Shown: positions 1 to 8,650 of the stretch, piece after piece
Position numbering within the stretch: position 1 is the first letter of the stretch
Layout of the letters: each line of letters starts with the position of its first letter
NCBI GenBank assembly: GCA_964387005.1
Contig: CAYLVC010000001.1
Location: 12,520-38,155 of the forward strand
Direction of reading: 5' to 3'
DNA: 25,636 nt
From: an uncultured Dehalococcoidales bacterium
GTDB taxonomy: Bacteria; Chloroflexota; Dehalococcoidia; Dehalococcoidales; UBA3254
The notes under the pieces: model-generated
Told to the model about the DNA's origin: nothing
Database searches by the model: none
What the model saw: only the letters and a program-made list of their open reading frames with translations
Position numbers and translations under genes: made by a program

Positions 1-2541
1 GCGGTCTGCCAGGCCAAGGCCATCGATCACACTCAAAAGGAAGAGAGAGTCGAAATACAGGCAGGATCCTTGATACTGGCGCCGGGATTCGATCCTTTCG
101 ATGCCAGAATCAAGGGGGAATACGGGTACGGGCGCATGCCCAATGTAGTGACCAGCCTGCAATTCGAAAGAATATTATCAGCCTCCGGACCGTACCAGGG
201 GCAGGTGAAACGGCCTTCGGATGGCAAACATCCGGTTAAAATCGCCTGGATCCAGTGCGTGGGTTCAAGAGACAAAAGCTGCGGGCGGGATTATTGCTCC
301 TCGGTCTGCTGTATGTATGCCACCAAGGAGGCAATTATAGCCCGTGAACATGACAGCTCCATTCATCCGACTATCTTTTACAATGACATACGGGCCTTCG
401 GCAAAGGTTTCGAAAGATATTACGAATCTGGCAGGGATAAGTTCGGGGTACGTTATATCCAGAGTATCCCCTCAATGGTGAAAGAGCTTCAAAAGAGCCA
501 TAACCTTCTGCTGGAATACACGGGAGACGATGGCCGGAAGGTCCAGGAAGAATTCGATATGGTAGTGCTCTCGGTCGGACTGGTGCCTGCCGAAGGTACG
601 GCGGAACTGGCGTCCGTTGCCGGGATAAAACTGGACAATTTCGGTTTCTGCGCTTCTGATGAAACACGCCCGGGTACGACCTCCCGTCCGGGGATTTTCG
701 TGGCCGGGGCTTTTACCGGGCCCATCGACATACCTGAATCGGTAATGAGCGCCAGCGGGGCAGCCTGCCTGGCCGGAGAGTCAATCAGCGAGGCACGGGG
801 CACGCTGGTGACCGAAAAGGTCTATCCGCCGGAAACCGAAGTGGCCGAGCAGGAACCCAGGGTTGGTGTTTTTGTCTGCCGCTGCGGCACCAATATCGCC
901 CGGGTAGTGGACGTGCCGGCGGTGGTTGAGTATGCCAAAACCATACCGAATGTGGTACTTGCCGAGGAAAATTTGTATACCTGCTCCACTGATACCCAGG
1001 CCAAGATAATCAAGGCTATTCAGGATAACAAACTTAACCGGGTTGTGGTAGCCTCATGCAGTCCACGAACACATGAGCCTCTTTTCCAGGACACCGTCCG
1101 CGAAGGTGGTTTGAACAAGTACCTATTTGAAATGGCTAATATCCGCGACCAGTGTTCATGGGTACATGCCACGCATATGCCGCAATCCACATCCAAAGCC
1201 AAAGACCTGGTACGCATGGCCGTTGCCCGGGCTGAAACGTTACTTCCCCTTCACCAGCAGCGGGCTGAGGTTACGCGCCGGGCACTGGTGATCGGAGGCG
1301 GGCTTGCGGGCATGACGGCTGCTGTGGCATTGGCCGACCAGGGTTTTGAGGCGGTACTGGTAGAGCGTGAAGAAGAGCTTGGAGGGAATGCCAGAAAAAT
1401 CTTTTTTAGCGAACACTCAGATCCCCAAAAGCTGTTAAGCGATCTGGTCAAACAGGTGGAATCAAAAACGAATATCAAAGTATACAAAGGAGCCAGGATC
1501 GCCAACAGTTCCGGCTTCCTGGGCAACTATAATACGGACATTATCACCCGTGATGGTAAAACAGAGACCGTAGCGCACGGGGTAGTCATAATTGCCACCG
1601 GCGGAACGGAATACAAGCCGGTTGAATATCTGTTTGGTCAATCCGAAAGCATATTGACTCAACTGGAACTGGAAAAGAGACTGCAAGACAAAGATAAACT
1701 TAATGCGAACAGAGCACTGGACTCAGTAGTCATGATACAGTGCGTAGGTTCGCGTGAGCCGGAGCATTTATACTGCAGCCGGGTATGCTGCAGCCAGGCT
1801 ATCAACAACGCCATTCATTTAAAGGAGATCAATCCGGATATGGATGTGACGGTATTATACCGGGACATCCGCAGCTATGGAATGCATGAATTGCAATACC
1901 GCAAGGCCCGCGAGATGGGCGTGACCTTTATCCGGTTTGATAAAGACCAAAAACCGGAGGTCAACCTGGACAACGGGCGTCTTAAGGTAAAGGTACTGGA
2001 TAAATCGCTGGAGCGTGAAATCGATTTTCAACCGGACCTGCTGGTACTCAGCGCCGCTATACGGCCACAGGCTGATGCGGAGGATTTCGCACGCAGTCTA
2101 AAGCTTTCGTTAACGCAGGAAAAATTTGTAATGGAAGCTCACATGAAGCTGCGTCCGCTGGACCTGGTCAATGAGGGGATGTATGTCTGCGGACTGGCCC
2201 ATGCGCCCAAGAACATTGGGGAGTCGCTGGTGCAGGCCAGGGGTGTTGTTTCCCGTGCGTTGACGGTGCTTTCCCAGCCCTACCTGATGGTGGGTGGAGT
2301 CGTCTCGGTGGTGGATGAAGAAAAATGCGCCTCCTGCCTGACCTGTGTGCGCTCCTGCCCCTACAATGTGCCGCGCATTAACGAGAAAGGATTTGCCTAT
2401 ATAGAACCTGCCGGCTGCCAGGGATGCGGTATCTGCGCCAGTGTCTGCCCGCGCAAGGCAATTACTCTCCAGAACTATTCTGACAAGCAAATCATCGCCA
2501 AGGTAGATGCCTTGAAAGAACCCGTGGCAGGAAGGAGTTAA
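1..2541 (+). CDS. hdrA: Large two-lobed HdrA-type FAD/Fe-S protein (heterodisulfide reductase subunit A family), 5'-truncated by the window edge
   Basis: Frame 1 is open from base 1 (AVCQAKAID... precedes the listed TTG at 70). It has two CVGSR...CSxVCC lobes, the HdrA N-terminal-type motifs VFVCRCGTNI / VVVASCSPRTHE / NIRDQCSWVH, a GGGLAG FAD motif and a C-terminal 2x[4Fe-4S] ferredoxin (CASCLTCVRSCP, CQGCGICASVCP). Confidence 0.93.
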   Translation, partial: AVCQAKAIDHTQKEERVEIQAGSLILAPGFDPFDARIKGEYGYGRMPNVVTSLQFERILSASGPYQGQVKRPSDGKHPVKIAWIQCVGSRDKSCGRDYCSSVCCMYATKEAIIAREHDSSIHPTIFYNDIRAFGKGFERYYESGRDKFGVRYIQSIPSMVKELQKSHNLLLEYTGDDGRKVQEEFDMVVLSVGLVPAEGTAELASVAGIKLDNFGFCASDETRPGTTSRPGIFVAGAFTGPIDIPESVMSASGAACLAGESISEARGTLVTEKVYPPETEVAEQEPRVGVFVCRCGTNIARVVDVPAVVEYAKTIPNVVLAEENLYTCSTDTQAKIIKAIQDNKLNRVVVASCSPRTHEPLFQDTVREGGLNKYLFEMANIRDQCSWVHATHMPQSTSKAKDLVRMAVARAETLLPLHQQRAEVTRRALVIGGGLAGMTAAVALADQGFEAVLVEREEELGGNARKIFFSEHSDPQKLLSDLVKQVESKTNIKVYKGARIANSSGFLGNYNTDIITRDGKTETVAHGVVIIATGGTEYKPVEYLFGQSESILTQLELEKRLQDKDKLNANRALDSVVMIQCVGSREPEHLYCSRVCCSQAINNAIHLKEINPDMDVTVLYRDIRSYGMHELQYRKAREMGVTFIRFDKDQKPEVNLDNGRLKVKVLDKSLEREIDFQPDLLVLSAAIRPQADAEDFARSLKLSLTQEKFVMEAHMKLRPLDLVNEGMYVCGLAHAPKNIGESLVQARGVVSRALTVLSQPYLMVGGVVSVVDEEKCASCLTCVRSCPYNVPRINEKGFAYIEPAGCQGCGICASVCPRKAITLQNYSDKQIIAKVDALKEPVAGRS

Positions 2542-2543
2542 AC

Positions 2544-2966
2544 TTGGAAGAGACATATCAACCTAAGGTAATCGCTTTTTGTTGCCATTACTGCTCTTAT
2601 TCAGCCGCCGATCTGGCCGGTTCCATGCGGCTGGAATATGCTCCTAATATCCGCATCATCAAGCTGATGTGCACCGGCAAGATTGATACAATATTAATTC
2701 TTAAAGCCTTTGAAGACGGGGCCGATGCGGTATTTGTGGCCGGCTGCGAAGAAGGCAGCTGCCATTTCATCGAAGGCAATCTGAGGGCGAAAAAGCGGGT
2801 AGCCCAGGCCAAACAAATGCTTAAAGAGGTGGGAATAGAGCCCGAGCGTTTGGAAATGTATCATATCAGTGCTTCCAATGCGGGGCTGTTTGCCAAAGCC
2901 AGTGATGAAATGACAGAAAGAGCGATTAAGCTGGGCCCTGTAAAATTCAAGACAAACACGAAATAA
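2544..2966 (+). CDS. mvhD: MvhD/FlpD-type [2Fe-2S] hydrogenase iron-sulfur subunit
   Basis: Motifs FCCHYCSYSAADLAG, MCTGKID, GADAVFVAGC...CHF and GIEPERL. TTG start with GGAG upstream, 2 nt after the hdrA stop. Confidence 0.95.
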   Translation: MEETYQPKVIAFCCHYCSYSAADLAGSMRLEYAPNIRIIKLMCTGKIDTILILKAFEDGADAVFVAGCEEGSCHFIEGNLRAKKRVAQAKQMLKEVGIEPERLEMYHISASNAGLFAKASDEMTERAIKLGPVKFKTNTK

Positions 2967-2982
2967 TTAGAGGTGAAATCAA

Positions 2983-3669
2983 ATGATCGTTGGCGAAAGA
3001 AAACCATTCGAGCAAATCTGGGACAGTGTCAAAGACCTTAAGAGCGTCCTGATCCTGGGCTGCGGTACGTGTGTAGCTGTCTGCCAGGCGGGGGGCGAAA
3101 AAGAGGTTGGGCTTCTGGCCAGTGAACTGCGGCTGAAAAGCAAGATGGAAGGGAAAGACCTGAAAATCGGAGAAGCCACTATAGAGAGGCAGTGCGACAG
3201 GGAATTTTTCGACACGATAAAAGATACATATAAAGAATATGACGTCATTCTTTCGATGGCCTGCGGAGCGGGAGTGCAGTTTACAGCGGAGGTGCTTGAA
3301 CCGGCACGTGTCTTTCCCGCATTGAACACCCGGTTCATCGGTGTTACCGAGCAGGAGGGTACCTGGTCAGAACGCTGCCGTTCCTGCGGCGACTGCGTAC
3401 TGGCCAGATACGGCGGTATCTGTCCCATGACCATTTGCGCCAAGAGCCTGGTCAACGGCCCCTGCGGCGGGAGCAAAAACGGCAAATGCGAAGCCAGCCA
3501 GGAAAAGGACTGCGCATGGGTATTGATATATAACCGGTTAAAGAAACAAAACCGGCTGGACGATTTGCGAACTTTAACAGCGGAAAAGGACTTCAGGACG
3601 CAAGCCCATCCCGGACGTTCCGTAAATGAGGCTTATCTCAAACCGCAAATGGAGGAAAAAAGTGCCTAA
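2983..3669 (+). CDS. metV: MetV, Fe-S/Zn small subunit of methylene-THF reductase (MTHFR C-terminal-domain family)
   Basis: Motifs GCGTCVAVCQAGGEKEV, RQCDREF, CRSCGDC, CPMTICAKSLVNGPCGG and CAWVLIY. RBS GAGGTG. Directly upstream of metF. Confidence 0.9.
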   Translation: MIVGERKPFEQIWDSVKDLKSVLILGCGTCVAVCQAGGEKEVGLLASELRLKSKMEGKDLKIGEATIERQCDREFFDTIKDTYKEYDVILSMACGAGVQFTAEVLEPARVFPALNTRFIGVTEQEGTWSERCRSCGDCVLARYGGICPMTICAKSLVNGPCGGSKNGKCEASQEKDCAWVLIYNRLKKQNRLDDLRTLTAEKDFRTQAHPGRSVNEAYLKPQMEEKSA

Positions 3670-4546
3670 CAGCAAACTTAAGGAAGCTTTATCTTCAGGA
3701 AAATTTGTAATAACCGCCGAGGCCGGGCCGCTGAAAGGGACGGACCTCTCCGAACTTAAGGAAGTAGCAGAAGTCTACAAGGGCAAAGTGGATGCGGTCA
3801 ATGTGACCGACCAGCAGAGCTCGGTAATGAGGCTGGGGGCATTGACAACCAGCTATAAGCTGATGGAGTGGGGGGTAGAGCCGATTTTCCAGGTGACCTG
3901 CCGGGATAGAAACCGCATCGCATTACAGTCAGACCTGCTCAGTGCGGCAGCCCTGGGGATTCAAAACGTGATGGCGCTTACGGGTGATTTACCATCTTCG
4001 GGCGACCATCCCCAGGCAAAACCCGTCTATGATCTTGACTCCGTCAGCCTGCTATCGGTCATCCAGGGGCTGAATGCGGGCAAAGACATGGTGGGCAACG
4101 AGCTGAAAGGCAAACCCGATTTCTTCGCCGGGGCAGTAGTTAATCCGGGAGCGGACACCGAAGCAGCTTATGAGCTACAAATCCTGAAAATGGAGCGGAA
4201 GATCGCCGCCGGGGCCAAATTCTTCCAGACCCAGGCTGTATATGATCCTGAAACCTTCGCCAAATTCATGAAGCGGGTTGAGCAGTTCAAGGTGCCTGTT
4301 CTGGTCGGGGTCATCCCCCTGAAGTCGGCAGGGGCTGCCAAATTCATGAACAAAAACGTAGCCGGCATTAATATTCCTCAAGCCATGATCGACCGTATTT
4401 CCAAAGCCGAGGACAAGAGCAAAACGGGTATTGAGATGTGCGGCGAACTTATAAAGCAGCTCAAAGGTATGTGCCAGGGTGTACATATCATGCCCATCGG
4501 CTGGGAGAAAAAGGTCCCCGAGATTATCCAGGCAGCGGGATTGTAG
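3662..4546 (+). CDS. metF: Methylenetetrahydrofolate reductase (MetF, MetVF type)
   Basis: Motifs DAVNVTD, TCRDRNRIALQSDLL, LTGD, KIAAGAKFFQTQAVYD and GVHIM. Start reassigned from 3626 to GTG 3662 because GGAGG lies 6 nt upstream; overlaps the metV stop by 8 nt. Confidence 0.93.
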   Translation: MPNSKLKEALSSGKFVITAEAGPLKGTDLSELKEVAEVYKGKVDAVNVTDQQSSVMRLGALTTSYKLMEWGVEPIFQVTCRDRNRIALQSDLLSAAALGIQNVMALTGDLPSSGDHPQAKPVYDLDSVSLLSVIQGLNAGKDMVGNELKGKPDFFAGAVVNPGADTEAAYELQILKMERKIAAGAKFFQTQAVYDPETFAKFMKRVEQFKVPVLVGVIPLKSAGAAKFMNKNVAGINIPQAMIDRISKAEDKSKTGIEMCGELIKQLKGMCQGVHIMPIGWEKKVPEIIQAAGL

Positions 4547-4547
4547 T

Positions 4548-4575
4548 GAGTTTCGAGTTTTGAGCTTAGAGATAC
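4548..4575 (+). repeat. Degenerate heptamer tandem repeat (GAGTTTC-GAGTTTT-GAGCTTA-GAGATAC)
   Basis: Four 7-nt units beginning GAG, starting 1 nt after the metF stop. Confidence 0.5.
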
Positions 4576-4582
4576 ACGTTAT

Positions 4583-4783
4583 ATGACCCAAGAGACAGTT
4601 GCCAGAATAAAAATATGCCGTGGCGGCCATGAGAGGACAGCGAGAATGTTTAGTCAAAGTTTGTTGGTTAACAGGCAGACTTACTTCTGGACAAAAAAGT
4701 GGCAGGAAGGGGAGAAGACTAACGAGGGTATTAAAGCCGAGGTTTGTGAACCGGCCAAGCAACCAACCAGGAAACAGGACTAA
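4583..4783 (+). pseudogene. Probable internally deleted remnant of an AbrB/MazE-family antitoxin
   Basis: The 66-aa ORF contains QTYFWTKKWQEGEK, which resembles the recalled Q-x-[WY]-FWT-x-x-WQ-x-GE C-terminal motif of AbrB/MazE-type antitoxins. It lacks an intact swapped-hairpin domain and has a weak RBS. Confidence 0.5.
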
Positions 4784-4817
4784 TCATTTAGTTCTTTTTT
4801 AAATTTTAGTGAACAGG

Positions 4818-4839
4818 AACGGCCTTTTGTGGCCGTTTT
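4818..4839 (+). terminator. Putative intrinsic terminator of the hdrA-metF transcript
   Basis: AACGGCC-ttttgt-GGCCGTT followed by TT and a T-rich tract. Confidence 0.55.
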
Positions 4840-4975
4840 GCTATTTTTAAGAATCTTATACGAGCTGGGCTTACGACCTCAGCTTGCAGGGGCTTATGGA
4901 AGTTATTACCAAGGTTCTTTATATCCATTATGATATGAATAAATAAGGTCACGACTATACTCAACGGTTTGAGGC

Positions 4976-5000
4976 GGGCCGATTTGAAATCGGCCCCTAC
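4976..5000 (-). repeat. GTAG-tagged REP-like palindrome
   Basis: Minus strand reads GTAG-GGGCCGATTT-C-AAATCGGCCC: a perfect 10-bp stem immediately preceded by the GTAG tetranucleotide. Confidence 0.7.
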
Positions 5001-5078
5001 GATTCCGTATTCTGCCAATTTCCTCCGCAACATTAAGTGTCCGAAGCCAGGAAGTATTCATTAATTCAACGAAAATGC

Positions 5079-5111
5079 AAAAAGGACGGGGCAATGTGTC
5101 CCGTCCTTTTT
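5079..5111. terminator. Bidirectional intrinsic terminator downstream of carB
   Basis: AAAAAGGACGGG-gcaatgtgt-CCCGTCCTTTTT: 12-bp perfect inverted repeat with A/T tails on both sides, 31 nt past the carB stop. Confidence 0.85.
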
Positions 5112-5142
5112 AAACCTTATTCGTTGTATTTACACCGATCGG

Positions 5143-8100
5143 CTATTTTATATCGGCGTGGTACTGCTGAAGAGACTTGACCTCCGAGGTGCCGTTGCAG
5201 TAAGCGGCAATGCCCCTGGCTGCCGCCAGAGCAGCGGTCAGGGAGGTAATATAAGGCACTTTGTATTTAATAGCGGCCTTGCGAATATAGGAATCATCAT
5301 TTTTGCTAAGTTTGCCGGCCGGTGTGTTAATAACCAGTTGAATTTCTTTGTTTTTGATGGCATCGGTGATGTTGGGCCGGCCCTCGTGTTCTTTAAGGAT
5401 TTTTTCAGTTTCCATACCATGTGAGGCCAGGTAGGTCTGGGTCCCTGCTGTAGTCCTGACCTTGAAGCCCATGTTCTGGAATTGCCTGACAATTTCAACG
5501 GCATCAGCACGGTCTCTTTCGGCTACAGTAATAAGTACAGTCCCGCCGGTAGGCAGTAAAGACACTGCTTCCTGGGCTTTCCAGTAGGCCAGTCCGAAAG
5601 ACGGGGCCATACCCAGTACTTCACCCGTCGATTTCATTTCAGGACCTAGAACAGGGTCAACCTCCGGGAACATATTAAAGGGGAAGACGGCCTCTTTCAC
5701 ACCGAAGTGAGGGATTGTCTTCTTTTTTAGTCCCAGGTCTTTGATTTTTTCACCCAGCATCAGACGGGTGGCCAAATGGGCCATGGGGATATTGCAAACC
5801 TTGGAAACCAGGGGAACGGTGCGGGAAGCGCGGGGATTGGCTTCCAGGACATAGACCACGTCTTTACAGATGGCATACTGGATATTCATCACACCGCTGA
5901 CCTGAAGCTCGGTAGCAATCCGCCGGGTATATAGTTCAATGGTATCAATGTGCTTTTGAGGTATGGTGACGGGGGGAATGGCACAGGCGGCATCGCCCGA
6001 ATGAACGCCGGCGTATTCAATATGCTCCATTACTGCCGGGATAAAAACCTCGGCTCCGTCGGCCAGAGCATCGGCCTCGGTCTCAATGGCATTTTCGAGG
6101 TAGCGGTCGATCAAAATCGGCCTGTCAGGCGTAACGCCTACCGCGGCCGTGACATAGAGCCTCAATTCATCTTCATCATGTACTATTTCCATGCCCCTGC
6201 CACCCAGAACGTAGGAAGGCCTGACGATCAGGGGATAGCCTATGCGCCCGGCTACCACCAGGGACTCTTCCAGATTGCTGGCAGTGCCTGATTCCGGCAT
6301 GGGAATACCGTATTTCTGCATCATAATACTGAAACGGCCCCTGTCGGAGGCGATATCGATCGAGTTGACCGAAGTTCCCAGTACTTTAACTCCTTCTTTT
6401 TCCAGATCGGCAGCAATATTCAGGGGAGTCTGTCCGCCGAACTGGACAATGACGCCAATGGGTTGTTCTTTTTTATATATACTCAGGACGTCCTCAACCG
6501 TAAGGGGCTCAAAATAGAGCTTATCCGAAGTGTCGTAATCGGTTGAGACTGTTTCCGGGTTGCAGTTGACCATAATAGTCTCATATCCCATGTCCCTTAA
6601 AGCAAAGGCAGCATGTACGCAGCAATAGTCAAATTCAATACCCTGTCCGATGCGGTTGGGGCCCCCTCCCAGAACCATTACTTTAGGGCGGCTCCCCACA
6701 ACAACCCTCTCTTCGATGGGATTGTAGGTGGAATAGTAATAGCGGGCATCAACGGCGCCGCTGACCGGAACATAATCCCAGGCCTCCCGCAACCCAACCC
6801 GGAGTCGCTGTTCCCTGATGTCTTTCTCGCTACGATTGGTCAGTTTTGCCAGGTACCTGTCTGCAAAACCGTCCCTTTTAGCCTGGATAAGCAGATCATC
6901 GGGTATTTCCCTGTTTTGATATTGCAGGATTTTTTCTTCCAGTTCCACGAGTTCTTTCATCTGCTGAATGAACCAGGGTTTGATAAAAGTCCTGCGGGAA
7001 AGCTCCTGTATATCAGCGCCTTTGCGCAGGGCTTCATACATGATGAACTGACGCTCGCTGGTAGCGTATTTCAACAGACCCAAAAGCTCATCCAAAGATT
7101 TCCGGTTTAAGTCCCCGGCAAATCCCAGGCCGAAGCGACCGGTCTCCAGCGAACGGATGGCTTTCTGATAGGCCTCTTTGTAGGTCTTGCCGATGCTCAT
7201 TACTTCACCGACCGCCCTCATCTGGGTACCCAGGCGGTCCTGGGCATCCCTGAACTTTTCAAAAGCCCATCTGGCGAACTTGACCACGACATAATCGCCG
7301 GAAGGGGTGTATTTTTCCAGGGTCCCGTCACGCCAGTAGGGCAGCTCGTCCAGTGTCAGACCGGCAGCCAGTTTGGCCGAAACCAGGGCTATGGGAAAAC
7401 CGGTGGCCTTGGAGGCCAAAGCTGAAGAACGAGAGGTACGGGGGTTGATTTCGATAATCACCACCCTGTCGCTTTTGGGGTCGTGGGCATATTGTAAGTT
7501 GGTGCCTCCGATAATGCCGATCTTTTCCACCACTTTATAGGAGTAATCCTGGAGGCGTTTCTGCAATTCCTGACTGATGGTCAACATAGGCGCAGTGCAG
7601 AATGAATCACCGGTGTGCACACCCATGGCATCTACATTCTCGATAAAACAAACAGTGATCATCTGGTTTTTGGAGTCCCGGATAATCTCCAGTTCAAGCT
7701 CTTCCCAGCCCTCTACCGATTCCTCTATCAGAATCTGTCCCACCATGCTGTTGGCAATTCCCCGGGCGGCTATCAACCTGAGCTCTTCCACATTATAAAC
7801 CAGGCCGCCGCCGGTCCCACCCATGGTATAGGCAGGACGGATAATTACCGGGTATCCCAGTTCTGAGGCTATGGCTTCAGCGCCATCTACCGAGTAGGCA
7901 ATATGGCTCCGGGGAGTCTCTATACCCAGCTCATCCATGGTTTCCTTGAAGGCCATACGGTCTTCGCCCCTGCGAATGGCATCCGGGTCTACCCCGATGA
8001 CTTTAACATTATATTTGTCCAGGATTCCCGCCCGCGCCAGGCTGGCGCTCAGATTCAGTCCTGTCTGGCCGCCAAGATTGGGCAAAAGAGCATCCGGCCG

Positions 8101-8343
8101 TTCTTTTTCAATGATCTTGGTCATGGTTTCCAGGTTCAGGGGTTCTATGTAAGTAGCATCCGCCATACCGGGATCGGTCATAATCGTTGCCGGGTTGGAG
8201 TTGACCAGTACTATACTGTACCCCAGGGATTTCAGGGCTTTGCAGGCCTGAGTGCCGGAATAGTCAAACTCGCAGGCCTGACCGATGATTATCGGGCCTG
8301 AACCAATTATCATAACCTTCCGGATATCCTCTCTTCTGGGCAT
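5143..8343 (-). CDS. carB: Carbamoyl-phosphate synthase large subunit
   Basis: MPRREDIRKVMIIGSGPIIIGQACEFDYSG start, two ATP-grasp halves (GGGPNRIGQGIEFDYCCVHA, NCNPETVSTDYDTSD) and a C-terminal MGS domain; 1066 aa. RBS GAGGAG. Confidence 0.99.
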   Translation of the reverse strand: MPRREDIRKVMIIGSGPIIIGQACEFDYSGTQACKALKSLGYSIVLVNSNPATIMTDPGMADATYIEPLNLETMTKIIEKERPDALLPNLGGQTGLNLSASLARAGILDKYNVKVIGVDPDAIRRGEDRMAFKETMDELGIETPRSHIAYSVDGAEAIASELGYPVIIRPAYTMGGTGGGLVYNVEELRLIAARGIANSMVGQILIEESVEGWEELELEIIRDSKNQMITVCFIENVDAMGVHTGDSFCTAPMLTISQELQKRLQDYSYKVVEKIGIIGGTNLQYAHDPKSDRVVIIEINPRTSRSSALASKATGFPIALVSAKLAAGLTLDELPYWRDGTLEKYTPSGDYVVVKFARWAFEKFRDAQDRLGTQMRAVGEVMSIGKTYKEAYQKAIRSLETGRFGLGFAGDLNRKSLDELLGLLKYATSERQFIMYEALRKGADIQELSRRTFIKPWFIQQMKELVELEEKILQYQNREIPDDLLIQAKRDGFADRYLAKLTNRSEKDIREQRLRVGLREAWDYVPVSGAVDARYYYSTYNPIEERVVVGSRPKVMVLGGGPNRIGQGIEFDYCCVHAAFALRDMGYETIMVNCNPETVSTDYDTSDKLYFEPLTVEDVLSIYKKEQPIGVIVQFGGQTPLNIAADLEKEGVKVLGTSVNSIDIASDRGRFSIMMQKYGIPMPESGTASNLEESLVVAGRIGYPLIVRPSYVLGGRGMEIVHDEDELRLYVTAAVGVTPDRPILIDRYLENAIETEADALADGAEVFIPAVMEHIEYAGVHSGDAACAIPPVTIPQKHIDTIELYTRRIATELQVSGVMNIQYAICKDVVYVLEANPRASRTVPLVSKVCNIPMAHLATRLMLGEKIKDLGLKKKTIPHFGVKEAVFPFNMFPEVDPVLGPEMKSTGEVLGMAPSFGLAYWKAQEAVSLLPTGGTVLITVAERDRADAVEIVRQFQNMGFKVRTTAGTQTYLASHGMETEKILKEHEGRPNITDAIKNKEIQLVINTPAGKLSKNDDSYIRKAAIKYKVPYITSLTAALAAARGIAAYCNGTSEVKSLQQYHADIK

Positions 8344-8398
8344 CGATTACGTTTCTCCTCTTATTAGACTTTTCGCCGGACCACGTCTGCGATTACGT

Positions 8399-8650
8399 TC
8401 AGGGTGACGAACTAAAAGGCTTTACCAGATACATTTCTATTTCCAGATCATTGACCACGCCTTTAAGCTGGTCTTTAATAACGGCTACCAGGGCTGCCGA
8501 AGGGTCCGCCAGACCTTCTTTCAGCAATCTTAATTCTTCCAGAGGAATGCTTTGCTTCCACTCTGTACCGGTCATATTGGCCTGCAGGGTATTTAACCTG
8601 TTCAACAAATAGCGGTAGGCTTCCTTACGGATTTCAATACGGTCTGTCAT
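8399..8650 (-). CDS. Hypothetical protein (83 aa), probably co-transcribed with carB
   Basis: ATG at 8650 has GAGGAG 6 nt upstream, which is better than the 8671 start. Ends 55 nt upstream of carB on the same strand. Confidence 0.7.
   Translation of the reverse strand: MTDRIEIRKEAYRYLLNRLNTLQANMTGTEWKQSIPLEELRLLKEGLADPSAALVAVIKDQLKGVVNDLEIEMYLVKPFSSSP

Noticed and set aside
1-4546. Selenocysteine recoding in the Hdr/Mvh genes
   Set aside because: All expected Cys positions are TGC/TGT, and there is no in-frame TGA.
4175-4762. 195-aa minus-strand ORF, and other long antisense ORFs (2110-2556, 2979-3485, 6613-7110, 12673-13224, 14909-15460, 23296-23748)
   Set aside because: Shadow frames opposite well-supported genes, with no motifs or RBS.
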